Source of the DNA: Octopus sinensis
Lineage: Eukaryota
Length of the DNA: 64,000 nt
Assembly (NCBI RefSeq): GCF_006345805.1
Contig: NC_042997.1
Location: forward strand, 54,994,001-55,058,000
Direction: 5' to 3'
Part shown: one piece after another, positions 53,517 to 64,000 of the stretch
Numbering within the stretch: the stretch's first letter is position 1
Layout: the number at the start of each line of letters is the position of its first letter
Notes under the pieces: model-generated
What the model was told of the DNA's origin: nothing
Database searches by the model: none
What the model saw: only the letters and a program-made list of their open reading frames with translations
Position numbers and translations under genes: made by a program

Positions 53517-54056
53517 ATGCCCTGATGCAGTTCCAGGCAGTGGCTCCCATGGTTTTTGATCTTAACTGATTGAAAGTGTTATCATGTACATTGTTTTGCC
53601 TTGGAATAAAAGATTGGCTACAGCAAATATTCTGCTCAATACCAAAGATTTGATTGTCAGTTATATGACCTTAACCAGTTGAGCATGTTCCTTAGTGACT
53701 GACAATATGTGCATCTCTGATCATAAGCAGCAGTAGTGGGGGAGCATCATAGCCATGTGTTGAGAGGAATTATTTGGGATTTGGAAACATGGGTGTTTTG
53801 TTTAACATCCTTAAACAAACCTTATTCAGGGACCATTTGAGCGAGATGGGCACTCAACCTGAACAAAATTCTACTTGGGCCCCACCTGCAAGGTCATGCG
53901 CTGTTTATCTTGATATGAGATCACCATGTCGCGCACATATGGTTGTGATGCATGTGCCTGGTGTACCCTTATTAGATGGGTAGTCATGATGGGTACACTG
54001 GGCTTCGTATATTTTACCCCAATGTCACTTTGATGGCATGCACTGTTCTCACAGTC
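53517..54056. mobile_element. (AAT)n-embedded non-coding repeat, copy 2
   Basis: Same start (ATGCCCTGATGCAGT) and end as 26116-26671; long AAT/GAT arrays on both sides. Confidence 0.85.
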
Positions 54057-54093
<37 letters not shown>

Positions 54094-54104
54094 TAATGAT
54101 AATA

Positions 54105-54146
<42 letters not shown>

Positions 54147-56083
54147 GGGGAAATGCAGATGATAAAGAAACAAAAAATCCGTCGAAGATGAACAAGAAAA
54201 AAAAAAAAAACGGAGGAGAAAAATAATAGAGTAAAAGGGAGAGATACGGAGAAAAAAAAAAAGGCAGAAAATGTCGAGGATGACCAGCGAAAGAAAGCAG
54301 AGAAAAAAGAACAATAGCTGTGATAGCAATGAAAACAGCAATATTAGTAAATTTATTTACATGAAAAAATAATAACAGCAAGGAAAAGAATAAATTGTTT
54401 ATATTTTCTCTCAACAGCTTTTTAGGAAGAATGTACTTTAAAAATAAATTCTACAGTCTTAAAGCGATGTTAATGGTAACATTGGGGAAATATCCATATG
54501 TCAGCATGCTTATTCAGCGTTAAATGATAGGATCATTTTCAGTTTATAATGAGAAAAATTAGAAATTCTGTTTAGATAAATGGGTGTTTAATCACTCGAT
54601 AATGAATCTATGAAAGCAAACATCAAAGAAAACTTTAAGAGTGGTAATGACACAGAAGCATATTTCGAACTAAAAATTATGTGAAATATCCATTTTATGG
54701 AGAAGAAATGCACGAGCAAATTCTATCTCTTGCTTTAAAAATTTGCTTGAAAATTGAAAATTTGAAATTAAAAGTTAATTAAATTGATGTTCTTGGGAAA
54801 TATATGAATCTTTACTTTAGAAATTATATATAAATTCTTGTGATCCTCAATAATGATCAACAAATTATCGAAAACTTTGATGTTCCAATCAGCATTTCTA
54901 TCGATTTAAAATGAGTGTAACAATTAGTGAGGAAGAAAAAGGTTTCACACCACACATAACCCCTCTTCACTTCATAAATATCCGAAATATTACATAAAAG
55001 CCAGCGTAGAAAGTATTTCAAATTAGCTCTTTTGTCTCCCCAGACGCACAGTCATAAAATTTACAAGCTGTAAACAGCTGAAATTTTTAGTGTTGGAACA
55101 ATTCGATGTGCTAATTGTGATTTGTTTTGATTTTTTTTTATTGTTTAATTTTGTATTTAAAAAAAAATTGAAACTGAATTTGATGTCTTTAGTTTGCCAT
55201 AAAATTTGACTTAAATGTCAATTCCGACACTATTTTATCACTTCATATAATCTCCCAACAAATTAAGTTCTTCTAGAAACAAAATGCTATAAAAGTCGTT
55301 GATTGGTTTATAGAATTAGATACATATCTTTAATATTAATTTCATACATTCCTTTTTTCTTTGTAAATGTCAAATCTGCATGGTGAAGACACTTTGTATG
55401 ATATTCTTCCCTACTGTCAACAATGTATGCATGGAATTCTCTCCCTCTTCAACCTTATTGTCAGCCTTGCATAGTTTAGTTGCGAATGTATAACATTTTC
55501 TTTACTGCAAATACATAAAAAAAACTCTTCTAATTGTTTTGCTTTTGCTTAGCTTCACGTCAGCACTGAGAGTGAGAAAACCCATAACAAAATGAACTCA
55601 AGCCATGGCCAACAAATCTTACCCTCACACACAGAGAGCCTCTGCATAATCAATGTGTCTATTTTTAAGGTGGAAAGGATGTTTGCTTTTTTTTAGCAGG
55701 TCGGACGATCACCGTTGGTTGACTCCCAATTATTGAAGTTTGGAAAACATTTTTTGCAGTTTGTTGATGGATTCTTTCCTATATATTTGACTAGGAAAGT
55801 GATATATCTTTACATGGTTTTAAATAGTTATAAAGGCAAATGACTCGTCGTACCTAGTAGAAGCTGATAAAAAAAGTCGATGATGAACAAGAACACGAAA
55901 AAGAAAAACTGAGCGAGACAATAATGGAGTAAAGGGAAGGATACGGAAAAAAAAGGCAGAAAAAGATCGAAGATGACCAGGAAAAGAAAGAGAAATATAA
56001 GAATAATTAGCAAGAATATTAATAAATATATTTAGATGAAAAAACAACAGCAACAAAAAGAACTTTTTTCTCCGTATCCTTCC

Positions 56084-57168
<1,085 letters not shown>

Positions 57169-57169
57169 A

Positions 57170-59780
57170 AGCAACCAAGCAAATTAATCATGAAAAGGTA
57201 TAATCCACGATAGAGCTTAGACATCTACTAAAAACAAAGAAACTGAAAGTATCCAGAAAATGACAAAGATACAAACTTTTAGCGCAAAAGCATTCCATGA
57301 GTTATATAAAAATGTCAGATACTTAGAGGAAGAAAAAAGACACTTTAATCCCCACAAACCGAGGAAACATTAAGCTAATAAAATTATAAATCCCTGACGG
57401 ACCCATCTAAACAATATCGCTGCAAATATAAATGCGGAAGAGGGAAAAGAATATACTAAAGAACACAAAGGATACCTCAAAGATTTATATGATTGTAAAG
57501 ATAAATTGCTAATCACCAAGGCCTTAAATGAACTTTGTAAGAGTAAGAAGGGCATTGATCAATTAATGAATAATTATTATAAAGATGAATTTATTTATGA
57601 TTAATTACTAAAAGGTTGTTCAGAGTGTTCTTCTGTCGTAAAATCTGGAAATCAGGAGTAAGTTACCATCAATAGCAAACAGGTACATCAAACCTACCAT
57701 GCACGAATGGAAGTTAATTGCAAAACGCTGAAGTAGAATGGAATTGTAAAATTCAAACTGATACTTATCAGGAGAGAAACATTACAAGGAGAATACTTCT
57801 TTCCGGGTCTTTTCTACTTCTGACCATTCTAAAGTAGACTGGATACAAAAACAAATTCTATGAGATGGAAATCAATCCCGTACATGAATGAGTTTTATGC
57901 TTTATAATGCAGGTGGCAAATAACTGGAAGCTTCAATACAAATATGATCCACGGACAGAGTAAGGACATTTGTTTAGAAACATGCACAAGGACTACACTG
58001 AAAAGTGGGAAAAATTAATTTAGATTAAAAGCAGAGATAAAATAATTAAAAAAACATACCTACAGATAATTAGAAATTAATGAACTGAATAGGATACAGC
58101 ACATAAAAATATGTAAATAAAATAAAATAGAAAAAAGTGATGAATGATATAGAAGCATTAAATTTAAACACAACTAAATGTAAAAAATAAAGTTAAATGG
58201 TATCAAGACGATAACTTTTATTATGATGTTACAATTATAATATTCATAACTAGAAGTGAACAATACTAGATTGGATACAAGAAAAATAAATGACTACATT
58301 TAGGAAATACAACCTCAAACCAGTAAGATTGCATTTACTAAAAGAGCAGGAAATTAGGTGCCTTATGCAGCTCGAACATTGTTATAAATTATATACTGCA
58401 GTGCTATAAAAATATTCTGTAATGGATAAAAGAGAAACAGCTACAACCCAGCAACAAACTGTTTTCTGTTTACTTGGAGATAAAAATTGCGAATCAAAGA
58501 TTAAGGTTATAGATGTCTACGAAGAAGATAAAGAAATAATCCTTTCGACTATAAGTACAAAACCTGAAACAAAGCTAATTACATTGACCCCATTGCTCAA
58601 CTGGTACTTATTTCATCGACCATGAAAGGGTGAAAGCGCAGTCAACTGCTAGTCCTGATGGTACACAACTGGTACTTAATATATCGACCCCAAAAGGATG
58701 AAAGCAAAGTCGACCGCGGCAGAATTTGAACTCAGAATGTAAAGACAGACGAAATACCTATTTCTTTTCTACCCACAAGTGGCTAAATACAGAAGGGACA
58801 AACAAGGACAGACAAACAGATTAAGTCGATTATATCGACCCCAGTGCGTAACTGGTACTTATTTAATCTACTCCGAAAGGATGAAAGGCAAAGTCGACCT
58901 CGGCGGAATTTGAACTCAGAACGTAGCGGTAGACGAAATACCGCTAATAATTTTGCGCGGCGTGCTAACGTTTCTGCCAGCTCACTGCCTTTGGATAGAG
59001 AAATACTGACAGAAAATATTAAACAAAACCTAATACCCCATCCAGCAAACATAAAAGAAAGGGAAAAAGAGAAAAAAAGGGGACAAAATATCATGTTAAA
59101 ACGTTGTCAAAAACAGTACCTGATGATCGACAGAACTAAGCAAAGCAGAAATGGATAAAAATAACCAACTTAGAAGAGAAGGCTTCAGAGCTGAAACCGA
59201 ATAGTATTGAGTGTGCCACATGATCAACGAATTCCTATCAGAAATTGCCAGAAACATATAATGAAGCTGAATGCAAAACATAATTGTAGAATATATGAAG
59301 GCAGTGAATTGATAAACATATATGACAAAGTTGGAAATGTAATAAACTGGAAACTATGTTACTCATACAAAAAGAAGTAGTAAAGCACATCACAAATGTC
59401 TCAGATTATAACAAAGCAAACCATATAGTGGAACATGCCGTCTCTCACAACAGGGAGTTTAAAGCAAATCGCTTAGATATTATTGTCAAAGACCACCGGG
59501 GAAATATCTCCTAACTGACGTATCAATTCCAATAGACGATAATATATCCATTAAAGAAATTTAGAAACTACCCAAATATAAAGACCGGGAAATAGTTTTC
59601 CAGAATGTAGGGTTTAAAAACAAACAATCCTCATAATAGGCGCCTTGGGAATAATAAAATGAGATGCTAACAAATTATATAAAGAAAATTCCATGACTTG
59701 CAAACATACATAACATACATAAAATAGAACTAATAGTACTACCACTAGGCATATATTACGTAAATACAATAGATGAATAC
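57170..59780 (+). pseudogene. Decayed R4/Dong-clade non-LTR retrotransposon (RT and restriction-like endonuclease)
   Basis: TLQGE..FP (GIFQGD-like, about 57776), YMNE (YMDD-like, 57881), KANRLDIIVKDH, LTDVSIPIDDNISIKEI*KLPKYKD, IIGALGIIK (59461-59655). Confidence 0.8.
58590..58990 (-). mobile_element. SINE B dimer inserted in the R4/Dong relic
   Basis: Full copy 58765-58990 joined to a 5'-truncated copy 58670-58760, plus a further core fragment. Confidence 0.85.
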
Positions 59781-61297
59781 AAAAACGAAACAAAATATTG
59801 CTCGAATTCATAGCGCGCGGAACTGTACTGTTACATTAAAAATAAGACTACCACAGCCGGACGAGTTTAACATTACTCCGACATGTAGATATAAAACGAT
59901 CTTTTAAAAATACATCCTTTATGTATTTTATTAGGCAAATTATTACTTTCTATAAATATTAGTAATGGTAACAGTATTTGGTAACCGTTTGTTTTCTCTG
60001 GATACACCAGTACAGAGAAGAGCACAATGACAATAGGACGAAAAAGATGTCGACTAAATAAATGAAATGAAGGAAAATCTAATGTCACGTCAAAGCTTAT
60101 ATAAATGTACCTACTTAATACTGACGATAAATGCATCAATATTTCAAAGAACTATATCTAAAGTCAGCTTACATTGATGAGAAAAAAAAAAACAAATATT
60201 CGGTCACACAGACACAGTAACAGAGGTCATTGGTTGACGAAGTTATACCTTCTTTACATAATGAAAATAATGGATATGATGTTAATAATATTAGTGTTAA
60301 TGTAGTAGATAACATTACTTTATTATACATCAAAATGAATGTCTTGTGCTGTTATAGAAATTGGTCACATTCGGCCGAAACCAAGCAAAATCTTGTCCAT
60401 ACTTGTATTATCAAAAGTTACGAACTTTCATCGAACAGATTAAACAAACTTCTAAACAGTCTTTAAGAAAATCCCTTGAATAAGATCGCAGATTCAAAGA
60501 GGATATCAGTACTGTATAAAGAGAAATCCAATACTGTAACATTCAAAAACTCATAATATAATATACCGTAATGTTCAAACACACTAATATAAAATAAACG
60601 ATGAGTGAATTAAAGTACAGAAAATGTACACTTACATCGGGAAGCAAGTGAAATAATAAATAAAAAAAATAAAGAAAAATACATCCCATTTAATGAGTAA
60701 ATATGACATATGCAATGAGAAAACATTTCAAAACCCACTAAAATTCAAGAAAGTGATGGATTCGACGAAATACACGAAGAACAAGCATCGAATTATAGCT
60801 GACAACTGAATACGATAATAGTAACGATTGTATTTCGTAGAGAGAAACGCGAGCAATGAAGCCCAGTAAACATACAGCACTGTCTCATCAATGATGATGT
60901 AACAATCAAGGGAGTTAAATGAATGCTACCCCAAAATACAACAAAGGTAGTTTATAAAGAAATGGTAATCAAAAGCGTTAGAAGAGAATCTTGTTATGTA
61001 ATATTGCCAAAGGATAAGTGAAGACAGTTGTAATGTCGATATGCAGACTTACGTCTAACAAACTCTTGCCTGAAAACACTGGCAGAAAGGCGAATAACTG
61101 CAGAAGACAAGTGCCTCATCAAAGAAACAAAAACATGGATAAAACCCCACATGAACATAAAAGAAAAAGACTACCAGAACACAGATTTTCCCGGCTGATG
61201 AACCATCTATCTTTCTTTGTTTTTCACTCCCCATCTCTCTCTAATACACACACACACACACACACACACGCGCACACACACACACACACACACCACA

Positions 61298-61349
<52 letters not shown>

Positions 61350-61467
61350 CACACACACACACACACGCGCACACACACACACAAACACACACACACACAC
61401 GCGCACACACACACACATAAACACACGTATTTGTGTATGTTTTGTATGTGCGCGTATATAGGCATTC

Positions 61468-61509
<42 letters not shown>

Positions 61510-61643
61510 GTGTGTTTAAATTTATATATAGATGTGCATGTATTATATAGATCAATATATATATTCATAAAATAAGGATAAAAACCACGTTAATGATAAT
61601 TATCAGGTCACCTTGGAAATACGCAATTTATATATTAAATTAA

Positions 61644-61713
<70 letters not shown>

Positions 61714-61718
61714 TGTGC

Positions 61719-61764
<46 letters not shown>

Positions 61765-61874
61765 AATTAATAATATCAGGGTAATAAAGATTTTAGCTTC
61801 TAAATGTGTTTTAATGTACACTGTATTTTGTATGTTTGTATGTATGTATGTATCTATATATGTGTGAGTATATA

Positions 61875-62720
61875 CGAAGTCTGTTCAATAAGTATTCGGA
61901 CTGCTGCCATAGTATCGAAACTAAAGCACGCAGAGTAAAGCTGCCTGGCACAGATTGGCCTTGACCTTTGCTAGGCATGTGAACTAAGTGTTAACGTTCT
62001 AGCTCACTTCCGCTATTTACAACAGTGGTTCGAAATAACGTGTGTAACATGTGATCGTTGCACTGACTATGACAAAAACGTTGTCATACAGATATTGCTC
62101 AAAGGACTACGTAAAGTTTCAGAAAGTGTATGGAGAGGAGTGTATCAGCCGCACACAAGTGTACGAGTGGTTCAGACGTTTCCAAAATGGCCAAAAAATG
62201 TCGATAGTGACGAACGTTCTGGGAGACATGCAGCCAGCAGAACTGAGAAAAACATTGCAGGTATGTGTGCAGCTGTGAGTTATCAGAGGATGTGCAGATT
62301 AGTTACGGTTCAGTTCAGTCCATTATCACTGAAGCTTTTGGGTATGAGACGCGTGTTTGTGCCCAAACTGCTTTCAGCTGACCAAAAAGACACTCGGGTT
62401 TCAGTTGTACAAAATCTCCTTGATTGTGTCGAAAACGATGTAAGGTTTTTGGAAATTTTTCATAGGCCTCTGAGCAGGTATCGCCAAGCTTTTAACAAAA
62501 TTTGATGCAGATTCTTTGCTCAAGTTTCTCTGTAATGGTCAATGCGATGAACACACGCTACACGTTACTTCTAAGCACTGCTGTAAACAGCAGAAGTGAG
62601 CTAGAACGTTGACACTTTGTGCGCATGCACAGCAGAGTACAAGGTCAATCTGTGCCAAGCGGCTTTACTCTGAGTATTGTTACTATGGCAACAATCTGGA
62701 CACTTATTGATGTGACCACT
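61875..62720 (+). mobile_element. Internally deleted mariner with long (about 150-190 bp) inverted termini
   Basis: 61875-62027 pairs with 62576-62720, more weakly further in; internal KVYGEECISRTQVYEWFRRFQNG, DERSGR, FVPKLLSADQK; TA flanks. Confidence 0.88.
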
Positions 62721-62722
62721 TA

Positions 62723-62833
<111 letters not shown>

Positions 62834-63513
62834 ATGTTGACATTCAATACATACATTTTTATACATGCATATGCACGTACGCCCTCTGATATGAGTATAC
62901 ACGCACTAACTCGAAGACATTTGGAAATCGATCATATTTTTGACCAAACTTAAAACATAAACAAGTCAATAAATATTCATATAACACGACATGTCAATTT
63001 GAGTATATGATATATAGTGGGAAAAATGGTGTGAAAATTGCAATTAACGAGAATAAAAAGATATCTAAATATGAAGAAAAATCTAGAAGTATTCAAGATC
63101 TGGAGGAAATGTTACAATACTCTTGATATAAAAAGATAGCCAAAAGAATAGAATATATCACTTGGGGTGGCGTAAACGAGAGCGAATGAAAAGATATTTG
63201 ATATTTAACGGAAGCTGAAAATTTACAAGTCGTTACTCGGTTGGCCTTTCCCTCGCTTGTTAAACCACAAAATCCATGCAGATACGCACACACATGCACA
63301 CATACACACATGCGCGCAGAGACTTTGGTCTGTTATAACGCAGAAGCTTAATCCAGTTTTCTTTCCGTATAAGTAATTGAGATTAGAACACTGTCTCTCC
63401 TCAGAGCTATGACAACCGTTAGGGAATTATTATCTGCAGTTTTTCCCTCCGCAGAGTAGGACTGCCAAAATTGGGATGTACCTTATTTGTCCGAAAATAC
63501 GGTCTATAATAAC

Positions 63514-63582
<69 letters not shown>

Positions 63583-64000
63583 ATTAATTTAAATTAGGTC
63601 TGATTAATTAGAATTAACATGGTGTTTAGCAAGAACAACTAAGGATATATCTGCGCGTATGTTAACCTGCTGAAAATAGTGGCGCGGCCACAAATTACCA
63701 CTATCTCTTTCAAAATGAAAGAATACACTAGAGAAATGTAATTCCCGGTATACACAGTAACAGATGGAAGGCTTTCATAGATCTCTGTGACCTAAAATTG
63801 AAGGGTTATTTTCCCGCCTAATCATACATTTTATTATCTCAAAAAAAAAAGAAAGAAAAAAAACGAAACCGATAATATACTAAAGCCTATACCAATGTCA
63901 AATACGCTATCTTTAAGATAGCGTGTGCGCACACATATATATATAGATATACGTCATATTATCTAATAATTTATATTTACGCACGTTAACATAATATTAC

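Overview
AT-rich, microsatellite-dense eukaryotic DNA. The SINE families, the (AAT)n/(TA)n/(TATG)n load and the repeat repertoire look like an octopus (coleoid cephalopod) genome; this is inference from remembered repeat families, not a database hit. I found no intact protein-coding gene, rRNA, genuine tRNA gene or CRISPR array, and most ORFs in the supplied track are translations of microsatellites. The window is a mosaic of transposon fossils: three tRNA-derived SINE families; a near full-length CR1-type LINE with CCCH zinc fingers plus a truncated second copy; a Tc1 element with TIRs; mariner, hAT, Merlin and pogo remnants and MITEs; L1/Tx1, RTE and R4/Dong LINE fragments; a Helitron Pif1-helicase relic; Penelope-like elements (GIY-YIG) carrying minimal hammerhead ribozymes; and several long fold-back palindromes. 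The most interesting signals are (i) a Penelope terminal repeat joining a tRNA-like Pol III head, an (AAT)n spacer and a dimer-type hammerhead ribozyme, (ii) a second hammerhead family with a non-canonical CUGUAGA core, (iii) a possible fossil A18/UvsW-like SF2 helicase of viral type, and (iv) elements that sit specifically inside (AAT)n or (TA)n microsatellites. All protein-family calls come from manual translation and motif recognition and need HMM/BLAST confirmation.
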